From: an uncultured Spartobacteria bacterium
GTDB lineage: Bacteria > Verrucomicrobiota > Verrucomicrobiia > Chthoniobacterales > Terrimicrobiaceae
DNA: 56,744 nucleotides
NCBI GenBank assembly: GCA_937890535.1
Contig: CALBXK010000280.1
Coordinates: 1-56,744 of the forward strand
Reading direction: 5' to 3'
The notes under the pieces are model-generated. The model searched no databases. It was not told the DNA's origin and saw only the letters and a program-made list of their open reading frames with translations. Both the position numbers and the translations under genes were made by a program. Below are positions 1-9,354 of this stretch, in pieces; position 1 is the stretch's first letter, and each line of letters begins with the position of its first letter.

Positions 1-426
1 TAATTCACCGAAGGCCCGGGAGGCCTCCCGGGCCTGCGTGAGGGTCTCGATTTTGTCGTAGTTGATGCTGTCCTCAATGAAGAAATAGGTGCGCCAGGTA
101 TTCCCCTCAGAATCCCGAACGTAGGGGACTCCCTCCACGGAAGGAACCAGCGTCAGGGCTCGGCGCAATTCATCGGCCACGCCCCGCTCTCGCAGGATGG
201 TGCGGGAATGCTGGGTGACCCGGGAAACGTTTTCCATCAAGCCCACCGGATCGGTGAAGACATCATGGTTGATGCGCTGAAGGATGTAGCGCACGGAAGA
301 GCCGTTCTGGGAGTAGGTGGCGGCATAGGTATCGTTGATGTGACCGGTGCCGTAGGGGGTGGCGCTGAGCAGATCTCCGGGAATTCCGAAGGATTGACTC
401 AGAAAATGAAAGTCCGGTTGGGGCAT
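1..426 (-). CDS. APH-fold kinase, N-acetylhexosamine-1-kinase (NahK)-like; 5' portion only, continues past the window edge
   Basis: Minus-strand ORF with ATG (cat at 424-426): MPQPDFHFLSQSFGIPGDLLSATPYGTGHINDTYAATY..VRYILQRINHDVFTDPVGLMENVSRVT. The GxGHINxTY and YILQxIN..F.D...LMxNV motifs recall NahK/aminoglycoside-phosphotransferase-family kinases. It is absent from the ORF track because it is open at position 1. Confidence 0.7.
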   Translation of the reverse strand, partial: MPQPDFHFLSQSFGIPGDLLSATPYGTGHINDTYAATYSQNGSSVRYILQRINHDVFTDPVGLMENVSRVTQHSRTILRERGVADELRRALTLVPSVEGVPYVRDSEGNTWRTYFFIEDSINYDKIETLTQAREASRAFGEL

Positions 427-629
427 GGCGGGAAGTTAGGGAATGTCGACGTCAAATGGGAATCAAAATGGAAACAAATTCCCGGGGTGGGCTCAGGGAT
501 TTTTGCCTTCGGAGTGAGGATGGGAGATGAAAACTGAGGGACTTAAGGCTCGGATTTTGGTCGGAATCCGTCTCCGATGCGGTAAAAACCCGTTGCACCC
601 GGTCATGGGCTGGGGTATGGATTTTTGCG

Positions 630-1298
630 ATGTCAGAAGACGATTCCGAGATGCCGGATGTTTGGGACGAGTACCAGTGGGAGCGCTTTCTCCAACAGCA
701 GGACAGAAATACAGAAAAATATTTTGGGCTCCTGGAGGAGTACCTGGATCATCCCGAACGGGATGAGATCATTTCTCGTGCGATGGGCTGGGAAGACTTT
801 GATGCCGAACAGGACAACGAATGGGTGGAGGAGGCGGAAGGTCATTGTGAGGAAGAACTTCTCGCCCTCGGAGGCGACGAAGTGGATTCGGTCGAAGGCG
901 AATTTGATGAATTTTCCAAGTCGCCCATTTATCGGGATACCATCAAACTGCACGCTTGGATCAATTCCTGGTTCGAACGGGACGGTAGTCTCAAGGATCA
1001 TCCGGAGGCGAACCGACTGGCGACCCGGTCAGCCGTCTGCGGGGCCAAACTCGCGGCGGCGTTGTGTGGGGACGATTCCACAGAATTGGGGATGACTATC
1101 GCCTACCTAAAAAGGGGGTTGAAGGCGGCCAATGATGCTCTCGATGCGGGTTTGAAGCTGTTGGCTGAGGGACGGATGACCGCCAGACAACATGGCTTTC
1201 TAAAACGACAACTCTTCAAAGTCCGCAATCGCATCGTGGACCTGATGAGCGAATACCGGAGTGAATGGCACCGTCGGTACGGAAGCTTAAATGATTGA
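630..1298 (+). CDS. Hypothetical cytoplasmic protein with a strongly acidic N-terminal half
   Basis: ATG ORF of 222 aa (MSEDDSEMPDVWDEYQWERF..EEAEGHCEEELLALGGDEVDSVEGEFDEF), with no TM segment or signal peptide. It ends 28 nt upstream of the ECF sigma gene on the same strand. No family recognised. Confidence 0.6.
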   Translation: MSEDDSEMPDVWDEYQWERFLQQQDRNTEKYFGLLEEYLDHPERDEIISRAMGWEDFDAEQDNEWVEEAEGHCEEELLALGGDEVDSVEGEFDEFSKSPIYRDTIKLHAWINSWFERDGSLKDHPEANRLATRSAVCGAKLAAALCGDDSTELGMTIAYLKRGLKAANDALDAGLKLLAEGRMTARQHGFLKRQLFKVRNRIVDLMSEYRSEWHRRYGSLND

Positions 1299-1326
1299 AT
1301 TTTTTTCCGTCGGGGACGTTTGACTT

Positions 1327-1917
1327 ATGGGTGAAGATTTTCCGCCGTCCGATGAGGCAGACCTTCTGGCCAGGGCCCGCCAGGGGGACTTGTCGGCGTT
1401 TGATGAATTAATCACCCTTCACCGGGAAAAAATATACATGCAAATTTGTTACATGGTTCGCAACTCCGAGGATGCGCTGGACTTGACGCAGGAGACCTTC
1501 CTGCGGGCCTGGCGATCGTTGGCGCGATTTGACGGGAAGGTATCCTTTCTGACTTGGGCGCGGCGGATCGCCACCAATGCTTCGATCGACCTTTGCCGTC
1601 TTCGAAAAAGGCGACCGCAAGCGGAACTCGAAATCGGGCCGATGCGGATCGATGCTGCATCGCGCACCACCCCGACCGAGCCGGAGGTTCCTGGTGCCCG
1701 ACTGGATCGGGCGGAGATTCGGCGCCGGATCGATGCGGCTTTGGAGACTCTGAGCCCCGAGCACCGGGCCGTGATCGTGTTGCGGGAGATTGAGGAACTT
1801 TCCTATGAAGAGATCTCGCGCCACGTGGGATGCTCCATGGGGACGGTGATGTCCCGCCTTTTCCATGCCCGAAAAAAGTTACAAACCCAACTGACTGACC
1901 TTCATGAAGAATTCTGA
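1327..1917 (+). CDS. ECF-type RNA polymerase sigma-70 family factor
   Basis: 196 aa. Region 2 (DALDLTQETFLRAWRSL) and the region 4 HTH (LSYEEISRHVGCSMGTVMSRLFHARKKL) are typical of sigma-24/ECF factors. Confidence 0.9.
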   Translation: MGEDFPPSDEADLLARARQGDLSAFDELITLHREKIYMQICYMVRNSEDALDLTQETFLRAWRSLARFDGKVSFLTWARRIATNASIDLCRLRKRRPQAELEIGPMRIDAASRTTPTEPEVPGARLDRAEIRRRIDAALETLSPEHRAVIVLREIEELSYEEISRHVGCSMGTVMSRLFHARKKLQTQLTDLHEEF

Positions 1918-2302
1918 CGATCCCCAATGGTCCGCGACCCGCAGGCTTCTGCGGGAACACTTGAGCGCATCGCCTCCGGAACATCCGGATTTTATCAACA
2001 GCCAGGTGCTGGCCGCCATTCGGCGGGACGAGGGGGGACGCCGGGAGGCTCCCGCCTGGTCGCTGGGTCGGCTTGTCTGGCCCGGATTTGCCATGTTGGC
2101 GGCAGCCCTCATGCTCTCGCTGGTCCTTCTGCCCCGCGATTTTTCGGGTCGGGGAGGGGACGAATTCGTTTCCCAGGTGATCGCGACCCGGGTAGCCGAT
2201 CCGGCAATGTCCGTCACGTCCTTTCGAGTTCCGGATGATCGGGGGGTCGTCTTGTGGATTGAGGGGGCGGATTACATTCCCGCCAACCATCGCGTGCGAT
2301 GA
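1904..2302 (+). CDS. Putative single-pass membrane anti-sigma factor (non-ZAS)
   Basis: 132 aa. Its start overlaps the sigma gene's 3' end (stop codon included) by 14 nt. It has a cytoplasmic N-terminus, one TM helix (LVWPGFAMLAAALMLSLVLL) and a short outer tail, with no HxxxCxxC motif. The role is inferred from position only. Confidence 0.5.
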   Translation: MKNSDDPQWSATRRLLREHLSASPPEHPDFINSQVLAAIRRDEGGRREAPAWSLGRLVWPGFAMLAAALMLSLVLLPRDFSGRGGDEFVSQVIATRVADPAMSVTSFRVPDDRGVVLWIEGADYIPANHRVR

Positions 2303-2742
2303 AGTGTCGGGTCCTGATCGTATTCGTGGTTCTTGCCCTCTCCGGGTTGGGCTCAGCGACTGCGGCGGAATCCGACCGCATTTGGAGCGCCCTCGTCCTT
2401 GGCACCAATGAGGATCCCTCCGCCCCGGTGCCTGAGAAGATTAAGGATTTTGCCCCGACCCTGGAGAAGATATTTGGCTACAACTCATTTTACCTGATGG
2501 GTCGCAAAACCCGCGGTCTGGTGAAGGGGGATGAGGCCTGGTTGATTCCAACCCGGGAGTTTTTTCTTGGCGTGGAATGTCTCGCCAGGGAAGAGACCTA
2601 TTACAAGCTGAGGATCGAACTTTACCGGAAAGACGAACTCTTGCTCACGACCGAGGCCCGCCTGGCCCGGGACGCGCCGCTCTACATTAGGGGGCCCCTT
2701 TGGGGCAGCGGACAGTTGATCTTCGTGCTTGAGGTTCAATGA
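2299..2742 (+). CDS. Secreted hypothetical protein, last gene of the ECF module
   Basis: 147 aa, with an ATGA start/stop overlap with the preceding gene. Signal peptide MKCRVLIVFVVLALSGLGSATA. No family recognised. Confidence 0.6.
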   Translation: MKCRVLIVFVVLALSGLGSATAAESDRIWSALVLGTNEDPSAPVPEKIKDFAPTLEKIFGYNSFYLMGRKTRGLVKGDEAWLIPTREFFLGVECLAREETYYKLRIELYRKDELLLTTEARLARDAPLYIRGPLWGSGQLIFVLEVQ

Positions 2743-2862
2743 GAGGTTTTTTGAAGTCGGCTGCAACGGATGCGCAGCAACGGCCAGGCTTTCAAATGGG
2801 AAATCGGAAGTGGGAGTGAGAAGGGAATTCGCCTCCGCAACTTTCCATTTTAGAAAGAAACG

Positions 2863-3161
2863 ATGCTGAACTCAGTCCAAAAAGCTGCCCGGGATCAGTT
2901 TGAGAAACAAAGCGCCCGGCATGGGAAATTGCATATTCTGGCCGATACCTCTGGACACCACTCAAACAGCCGGATCTGGATTGGTATTTTCAGACCGCAG
3001 CCACATCGCCCGAAAATCAGGACGCCGTGCGGCAGTTGGTGCGGGAGGCTCCAGCCGTGGCTCGGCGAATATTTTCCATCGGTGAGGAGGAAAATCGGAT
3101 CATTTGGTGGTGGCCGCGACTGACTCTCCTGGCCCGATCCCCGATGGCCTCCGGGTCATGA
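2863..3161 (+). pseudogene. Possible remnant of a class I SAM-dependent methyltransferase (frameshift plus internal deletion)
   Basis: Frame 1 reads MLNSVQKAARDQFEKQSARHGK.., which resembles the N-terminus of UbiE/type-11 methyltransferases. After a frame change the reading is PDLDWYFQTAATSPENQDAVRQLVREAPAVARRIFSIGEEENRIIWWWPRLTLLARSP*, which resembles the C-terminal tail of the same family. The Rossmann core is absent. Confidence 0.3.
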
Positions 3162-3185
3162 GGGAAATTAACGAGGGAAATTAAC
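3160..3185. repeat. Perfect tandem duplication 2 x 13 bp (GAGGGAAATTAAC)
   Basis: Read directly: gagggaaattaac at 3160-3172 and again at 3173-3185. Confidence 0.9.
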
Positions 3186-3285
3186 TCAGTCCGGTTCGAA
3201 TGGTCTGGTGACGTCTGAAAGTTGGAACCCGCTGGCCTCGCCTTGGCGGTTCGACGAAAGTATCCGTCACACCGTGTCCTGGGGC

Positions 3286-3678
3286 CTAGAAATTGCTGAA
3301 GCTCATCCGGCCTGCCGCCGGGACATAGTCTCCAGACTCGAGCTTGTTCAGATAGGCGATAGTCGTCACTTTATCATGAAGGAGGGGCAATTCGCCCGGA
3401 CCGACCCATCCTTCGGGGTGATCGGTAATGGTGTAATGAATTTCCACGATCCCGTCCGTGGTAAGTTCGGTGGCCGTGCGAATGACTTCGGTCACCAAGG
3501 CGACAAGGTGAACGACTTGCTGCGAGGCGTCTTCTCCTGGTTCCACATCCACCCGCAGCACTTCGATGCGCACATATTCGGACGCTTTGGCCTGCATGGA
3601 TTCGTAGGCGGAGGGCGGGAGTTCTGCTCTCACGGTGAAGGAAAAAAGCAGGGCGGCCAGGAAGACTTTGAGTTGCAT
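3286..3678 (-). CDS. Secreted hypothetical protein
   Basis: 130 aa with a clean signal peptide (MQLKVFLAALLFSFTVRA-ELPP). The overlapping plus-strand ORF 3208..3738 looks like a shadow frame. Confidence 0.65.
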   Translation of the reverse strand: MQLKVFLAALLFSFTVRAELPPSAYESMQAKASEYVRIEVLRVDVEPGEDASQQVVHLVALVTEVIRTATELTTDGIVEIHYTITDHPEGWVGPGELPLLHDKVTTIAYLNKLESGDYVPAAGRMSFSNF

Positions 3679-3860
3679 GAGGAAAGTAGGAGTATCAAGT
3701 CATGGCCCGGCCGTAAATCTTCGAGTGGCCAGACCTGAAATATGAGGGGCGTGAGACCTCAGAGGCACTTTATGTCTTTGAAATCCGGGCATGCGCCAAT
3801 CGGGATGAGAGGGCTGGGATTGTGCTGTTCTCACGGAGGCGAATTGTCTAGAAATACGCC

Positions 3861-4148
3861 ATGGGCAGGACATCTGTAATTACCATCACCATGATTGTGT
3901 TTCTGGTTCTTGGCAACATGGCGGTGGTGGTGTTGGTCGGTGCCCATGCGGTTCCTCCCGGCGCGATACCAAAGTACCTCGCGCATCAAGGATGGTGGTT
4001 GCTTTTCGTTCCCGCGATTTGGGCCTTGTTTGCCAATGTGGCCGCTCGAGTGAACCGGGGACTGTTAACCCTCGCGGTCGCGCATGGGATTGGAATTGGG
4101 ATTGTGGCCGTTTTGGTGCTGCTCTACGGGATCGCGGTTTTCACCTAA
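3861..4148 (+). CDS. Small integral membrane protein (about 3 TM helices)
   Basis: 95 aa, very hydrophobic (ITMIVFLVLGNMAVVVLVGA; WWLLFVPAIWALFANVA; GIGIGIVAVLVLLYGIAVF). Confidence 0.55.
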   Translation: MGRTSVITITMIVFLVLGNMAVVVLVGAHAVPPGAIPKYLAHQGWWLLFVPAIWALFANVAARVNRGLLTLAVAHGIGIGIVAVLVLLYGIAVFT

Positions 4149-4271
4149 TTTTCGCCTGCCGAGGGAGGGCTTCCCGCCAGGATTTTCGATTCCGCCGGGA
4201 GGGGCGGAGTTTGGGGAGTTGACAGAGCCGTTCCCGGGCCGCAGGGTTGGCGGTTCAACCAATAAAAAATC

Positions 4272-4751
4272 ATGGCATTATCCGTTGGCAGCAAAGCACC
4301 CGATTTCACCCTTAAAACTCTCGGAGCCGAAGGCCCTGAGGATGTCACCCTCAGCGCCAACTTTGGCAAGCGCTCCACCGTGTTGTTGTTTTTTCCGCTC
4401 GCGTTCACCGGGGTTTGCACTCAGGAATTTTGCGATGTCACGGCGGGGCTGAAAGCCTATCAGGATCTCAATGCCGACGTCATCGGCCTGAGCGTGGACA
4501 GTCCATTCGCCCAGAGCGCCTGGGCAAAGAAAGAGAACATTGGTATCACGCTCGTGAGCGATTTGAACAAAGTGACCATCGCTGCCTACGATGTGGTTTT
4601 TCCTGGTCTTGCCGGGATCGGAGATACCGCCGCTCGCGCCGCCTTTGTGATTGGAAAAGACGGAATGATTCACTACGCCGAGCAGACTCCGAGCCCCAAG
4701 GAGCTCCCGAGCTTCGAAGCGATCCAGAAAATTTTGTCCACTTTGGCGTGA
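4272..4751 (+). CDS. Peroxiredoxin (AhpC/TSA-redoxin family)
   Basis: 159 aa. APDFTL..VLLFFPLAFTGVCTQEFC contains the peroxidatic Cys motif (TxxC) typical of Prx/Bcp/AhpE-like enzymes. Confidence 0.85.
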   Translation: MALSVGSKAPDFTLKTLGAEGPEDVTLSANFGKRSTVLLFFPLAFTGVCTQEFCDVTAGLKAYQDLNADVIGLSVDSPFAQSAWAKKENIGITLVSDLNKVTIAAYDVVFPGLAGIGDTAARAAFVIGKDGMIHYAEQTPSPKELPSFEAIQKILSTLA

Positions 4752-4904
4752 AAATCATGCGGTTCCAGTAACCTGTTTGGAGAGACTGGATTCACAGAGA
4801 GCGGGGAGTTGAAGGTGACAAAACGGGAGGGTGCAACCGGTTCCTCCGATGAGGGATCGTGATCCCCGCAGTGGATTTCACTTTCGTTGCCGGGCCATTG
4901 CGCT

Positions 4905-5288
4905 ATGCTGCTTCCTATGAAAGCGATTGCTGGATGGTGTGTGCTTGTGTTGTTGGCCACGAATGGTTTCGCGCAAGAAGAGGTTTTGGATGCGACAGAT
5001 CTGGATGCGATTCGTGCCAAGGCGGGGATGGATGCGGCGGTTGAGGGATTGGTGACGGATATTGGAACCACCAAAGATTCCAGCATCACCTTCATCAATA
5101 TCGGAATGCCCAAGAAAGAAGGTTTTGTTGCCTTGGTTTTTCAGAAGGACTATCAGGCATTTCCCGATGGCTTTGACATGTTTCGGAACCAGAAGGTTCG
5201 CGTCAAAGGTATGGTTAAACTCTATCGCTCGGAGACGCCTCAGATCATTTTGACTTCGCCGGAGCAGATCGAGATCTTGGAAGAATAG
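4905..5288 (+). CDS. Secreted hypothetical protein
   Basis: The track ORF 4887..5288 begins at a TTG. An ATG at 4905 (or 4917, MKAIAGWCVLVLLATNGFAQEE) gives a signal peptide. No family recognised. Confidence 0.6.
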   Translation: MLLPMKAIAGWCVLVLLATNGFAQEEVLDATDLDAIRAKAGMDAAVEGLVTDIGTTKDSSITFINIGMPKKEGFVALVFQKDYQAFPDGFDMFRNQKVRVKGMVKLYRSETPQIILTSPEQIEILEE

Positions 5289-5393
5289 GGGTTGGGTTTT
5301 GCGGGTTGGGCGGGGACCCACCGCAAAGATTTGCCGGTCTTGCGTTTGAGCAAGGAATGGCAGGAGGATGGGTTTTTGGCCGCCCGGCCAGGT

Positions 5394-6014
5394 TCATTCG
5401 CCGTTTTCAGAGACAGGCTTTGGCAGGACCGGCGCGAGGAGCCGCTCGGCATATTTCGCGAGGATATCGAACTCGAGGTTGACGGGATCGTTCTCCGCCA
5501 ATGCGCCGAGATTGGTTTTTTTCAGGGTGTGAGGAATGATCCAAACCGCGAGGGAATCTTCACTGAGTTCGCCGACAGTGAGGCTCACCCCATTGATGGC
5601 GATGGAGCCTTTCCAGGCCACATAACGCATGAATTCCTGAGGGACTCGAATTACGATCTTGCGATCTTTTCCCTCGTCCTCCGCCTTGAGGATCGTTCCC
5701 ACCGCATCGACGTGGCCTTGGACAAAGTGTCCTCCGAGGCGGGCGTCCGCGCGGAGAGCGCGTTCGAGATTCACGGGTGCGCCTTGCCGGAGGTTGCGGA
5801 GGTTTGTGCGTTGCAGGGTTTCCTCCAGGAGGTCAAAAACCAGTTGCTCTCGTCGATGAGCCGTGAGTGTCAGGCAACAGCCATTGATGGCGACGCTGTC
5901 CCCAGTGTGAATCGAACGGTTGACCGTCCTGGCCGTGAGAGTGAGCTGGGTGCCAGAGGTCGAACGCCGGAGCCAGAGGCATTCGCCGACCTCTTCAACG
6001 AGTCCTGTAAACAT
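5394..6014 (-). CDS. ribE: Riboflavin synthase alpha chain
   Basis: The canonical N-terminus MFTGLVEEVGE starts at internal Met 9 of track ORF 5394..6038. Duplicated lumazine-binding repeats are present (GDSVAINGCCLT / KGSIAINGVSLT). Confidence 0.9.
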   Translation of the reverse strand: MFTGLVEEVGECLWLRRSTSGTQLTLTARTVNRSIHTGDSVAINGCCLTLTAHRREQLVFDLLEETLQRTNLRNLRQGAPVNLERALRADARLGGHFVQGHVDAVGTILKAEDEGKDRKIVIRVPQEFMRYVAWKGSIAINGVSLTVGELSEDSLAVWIIPHTLKKTNLGALAENDPVNLEFDILAKYAERLLAPVLPKPVSENGE

Positions 6015-6175
6015 GAGGAGGAACTCCGGACGGAGCAAAATGGGATGGATTTACTGACATGACTGGTTGGAACCATGAAGGGCATAGGCAAAAATTGGGA
6101 GGCAATTTTCCGGATAGGCCCGGAAAGTCCCTGCTTGCTTGGCTGGGAAATAAGGAAGAGTTTGCGCGGGTGATT

Positions 6176-7069
6176 ATGCGATGGATTGGGATGACGGTGG
6201 CAGTGGCGGCGGGAACGGCCTTGGCTGGCTGTGCGACGTCGCAACCCATGCCGGAACGACGGGCGCAACCGATGGTGGCCGCTTCGCCGAAGGACGTGGA
6301 GATGGTATGGCCGGTGGGTGCTCCGGAGGTGCATGCACGTCATGCGATCCTAATCGATGCGCGCACGGGCCGGACCCTCTATCAAAAATTTGCCGACAGT
6401 CCCGCTCAGGTGGCCAGCACCCAGAAGTTGGTCACGGCCTTGCTGATGGTGGAACGGGGAGATCTTGATCAGAAATTTGTGATCACGCGTGCTGATTGCG
6501 CGGTGGAGCCTACCAAGCTCGGGTTTCGGGCCGGGCAATCCTATTCCCGTCGGGCCTTATTGACCGCGATGATGGTCAAGAGCGAAAACGATGCCGCCGC
6601 CGCCTTGGCGAGGGATCATTCGGGGAGTCTGTCGGCCTTTGCGCAGGAAATGAACCGCAAGGCCTGGGAGCTCGGCGCCCGCAACTCGCATTTTCTCAAT
6701 CCGCACGGGCTTCCGGCGGCGCAGTATTCGACGGCGAGGGACATGGCCCGGATCGCTTATCAAGCGTATCGGGAACCAGATCTTCGTCGCATGATGAGGT
6801 TGCCATCCCTGACCTTTGTCTTCTCCAATGGGCGGACCAAGCACCTCGACGCCACCAATAAGTTACTGAAGCGTTCTCCGATCTATAATGGCATGAAAAC
6901 CGGCTACACGTTCGCCGCCGGGCGGTGCCTGATCTCCAGCGCCTCCTTCGGGGGACGGGATGTGATCTTGGTGCAGTTGGGAAGCAAGACCTCCTACATT
7001 TTTAACGATGCGGAGCGGCTGATGGCCTGGGGACTTTCGCGCCTCGGATCATCTTTGGCGTCGAATTAA
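6176..7069 (+). CDS. D-alanyl-D-alanine carboxypeptidase (serine-type, PBP5/6 family), lipoprotein
   Basis: SxxK motif ASTQKLVTALL and SxN-like VKSEND are present. Internal Met 40 of the track ORF gives MRWIGMTVAVAAGTALAGC, with a lipobox LAGC. Confidence 0.85.
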   Translation: MRWIGMTVAVAAGTALAGCATSQPMPERRAQPMVAASPKDVEMVWPVGAPEVHARHAILIDARTGRTLYQKFADSPAQVASTQKLVTALLMVERGDLDQKFVITRADCAVEPTKLGFRAGQSYSRRALLTAMMVKSENDAAAALARDHSGSLSAFAQEMNRKAWELGARNSHFLNPHGLPAAQYSTARDMARIAYQAYREPDLRRMMRLPSLTFVFSNGRTKHLDATNKLLKRSPIYNGMKTGYTFAAGRCLISSASFGGRDVILVQLGSKTSYIFNDAERLMAWGLSRLGSSLASN

Positions 7070-7108
7070 ACTGCGCTCAGAAGCGCCGCGGACTTCCGCC
7101 CTGCGGAC

Positions 7109-8623
7109 TCAGAGCGCGACGCAGACCGCTTTGGTCTCGGTGTAGAGTTCGAGCGCTTCGTGGCCCATTTCGCGGCCCCAGCCGGATTGTTTGTAACCTC
7201 CGAAGGGCATGGCTGCGTCGAAGACGTTGTGGCAGTTGATCCAGACCGTGCCGGCCCGCATGATTTCGGCGGCGCGATGGGCCTTGCTGATGTCGCGGGT
7301 CCAGATGCTGGATGCGAGCCCAAAATCGGTGCTGTTGGCGACCTTCATGACACCCTCCAAGTCGTCGAAGGGTTCAGCCACCACGACGGGACCAAAGATT
7401 TCTTCGCGGACGATTTTCATTTCCGGACGGGTGTTGGTGAAGACAGTGGGCGGGACGAAGTAGCCCTTTTCATCGAGGGAGTTTCCGCCGGCAAGTGCGG
7501 TGGCCCCGGCCTCAAGGCCGTCCTTGATAAATCCGCTGACCCGGTCGCGTTGTTCCTCGGAAACGAGCGGTCCCATTTCGGTGGCCCCATCGACACCGGC
7601 CCCAAGTTTGATTTTGTTGGCGATTTCGGCGACGCCTTGAGTGACTTCGTCGAAAATGTCTTTTTCGACAAGGAGTCGGGATCCGGCGGCGCAACATTGC
7701 CCGTGATTAAAGAAGATGGCATTGGCGGCCCCTTGAACGGCGGTGTCGATATCCGCAACGTCCTTGAAAACCACCGTGGGCGATTTGCCGCCGAGTTCCA
7801 GAGTGACTTTCTTTAGATTTCCGGCGGCGGCACGGACAATGATTTTTCCGACTTCGGTGGATCCGGTGAAGGCAATCTTGTCCACATCGTCATGGCTGGC
7901 GAGGGCGCTGCCGGCGGTTTCCCCGTATCCGGTGACGACATTGAGGACCCCGGGAGGAAGTCCGGCCTCGAGGGCAAGTTCGCCCAGGCGAAGGGCGGAA
8001 AGCGGGGTCTGTTCGGCCGGTTTGAGGATGATCGTATTTCCGGTCGTCAAGGCGGGCCCGATCTTCCAAGCCGCCATGAGAAGGGGGAAATTCCAGGGAA
8101 TGATCTGTCCGACGACCCCGATGGGATCGCGGCGGGTGTAGGCAAAAAATTTTGCTCCCGGGGCGTAAGGGACGCTGATGGGGATGGTGTTGCCTTCAAG
8201 TTTGGTGGCCCAGCCGGCCATGTAATGGAAAAGGTCGGCCGTGAGAGGGACGTCAGCGATTTTGGCGACCGCGAGCGGCTTGCCATTGTCGAGAGATTCG
8301 AGTTCGGCCAGTTCGTCGAGATTCTCGAGAACAAGGTCTCCGAGTTTCCAAATGATCTTGCCTCGCTCGGAGGGCGTCATCTGACTCCAGGGTCCGGAGA
8401 ATGCTCGGCGGGAGGAAGCAACGGCGAGGTTGATGTCCTCGGCATCCCCTTCGGCGACCTGGGCGATGGTGTCGCTGGTGGCGGGGTCAAAGACGTTGAA
8501 GGTCTTTCCAGAGGCGGCCGAAACCCAACAGCCGTCGATGAGCAGTTGCTTGGGCTTTTTGAGGAAATCGCGGGCGGAGGCGGAAACTTTGGTGAGAGAG
8601 GATTCGGTGACGAGGGAGGCCAT
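7109..8623 (-). CDS. NAD(P)+-dependent aldehyde dehydrogenase
   Basis: 504 aa, with ALDH family signatures ELGGKSP and FFNHGQCCAAGSR (catalytic Cys) and GYKQSGWGRE near the C-terminus. Confidence 0.9.
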   Translation of the reverse strand: MASLVTESSLTKVSASARDFLKKPKQLLIDGCWVSAASGKTFNVFDPATSDTIAQVAEGDAEDINLAVASSRRAFSGPWSQMTPSERGKIIWKLGDLVLENLDELAELESLDNGKPLAVAKIADVPLTADLFHYMAGWATKLEGNTIPISVPYAPGAKFFAYTRRDPIGVVGQIIPWNFPLLMAAWKIGPALTTGNTIILKPAEQTPLSALRLGELALEAGLPPGVLNVVTGYGETAGSALASHDDVDKIAFTGSTEVGKIIVRAAAGNLKKVTLELGGKSPTVVFKDVADIDTAVQGAANAIFFNHGQCCAAGSRLLVEKDIFDEVTQGVAEIANKIKLGAGVDGATEMGPLVSEEQRDRVSGFIKDGLEAGATALAGGNSLDEKGYFVPPTVFTNTRPEMKIVREEIFGPVVVAEPFDDLEGVMKVANSTDFGLASSIWTRDISKAHRAAEIMRAGTVWINCHNVFDAAMPFGGYKQSGWGREMGHEALELYTETKAVCVAL

Positions 8624-8769
8624 GGTTCAGGAGGGAGGTTGGATGTTTTGTTTGGGATTTTGGATGTCGCTCGGGAGAAAGTTCGGGTGACCGGGGAAGA
8701 GCCAGTCGGGAGTTGGGGAGAGAGGCGACTGGCAAAAAGATAGCAAGAATCGGCGAAAAATAAAGCGGA

Positions 8770-9312
8770 TTATTCGCGGGCGATAGCGGCCTGGGTGAGG
8801 ATCCCGATGAAGGGAAGGTTGCGGTAGCGTTCGTTGTAGTCGAGTCCGTAGCCGACGACGAATTCGTTTGGGATCTCGAAGCCGACGTAATCGGCGTTGA
8901 TCGAGCGGGGTTGGTCAATGGTTTTGCGCAGAAGCACGCAGGACTTGAGAGTGAGTGCTCCACTTTCCGCCGCAAGACGTTCACGGATGGCGGCGAGGGT
9001 GACTCCGCTGTCGAGAATGTCGTCCAGGATGAGTACGTGACGCCCTCGCACGTCGGCGAGCTGGGTCTGGCGGAAATTGACCTGGCCGGAGCTTTTTGTG
9101 CCGTGGTAGCTGGAAACACTCCAGCAATCGACTTGAAGGGGAAGCGGAATGCGGCGGAGGAGATCGGCCATGAAGATGAAACTGCCGTTGAGGATGGCGA
9201 TCACGGTAAGATCCTTGCCCTGGTAATCTTCGGTGATCTGGTGGGCCAGCTCGTCAAGCCGACTGAGAAGGGTGGATTCGTGGTAGAGAACTTTACGGAT
9301 GTCGTCGAGCAT
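8770..9312 (-). CDS. hpt: Hypoxanthine-guanine phosphoribosyltransferase
   Basis: 180 aa. PRPP-binding motif VLILDDILDSGVTL, plus ADYVGFEIPNEFVVGYGLDYNERYRNLP, typical of Hpt. Confidence 0.9.
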   Translation of the reverse strand: MLDDIRKVLYHESTLLSRLDELAHQITEDYQGKDLTVIAILNGSFIFMADLLRRIPLPLQVDCWSVSSYHGTKSSGQVNFRQTQLADVRGRHVLILDDILDSGVTLAAIRERLAAESGALTLKSCVLLRKTIDQPRSINADYVGFEIPNEFVVGYGLDYNERYRNLPFIGILTQAAIARE

Positions 9313-9354
9313 GGTCGGTGGTCGGAGCGGGCGGTGGGTCGGGGTTGAGCGTGC

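Noticed and set aside
1412-2290. 292-aa minus-strand ORF across the ECF sigma and anti-sigma genes.
   Set aside because: It is antisense to a sigma factor with clear region 2/4 motifs. It is Pro/Arg/Gly-rich.
7160-8743. Plus-strand ORFs 7160..7816 and 7892..8743.
   Set aside because: They are antisense to the aldehyde dehydrogenase gene, which has the ELGGKSP and catalytic-Cys motifs.
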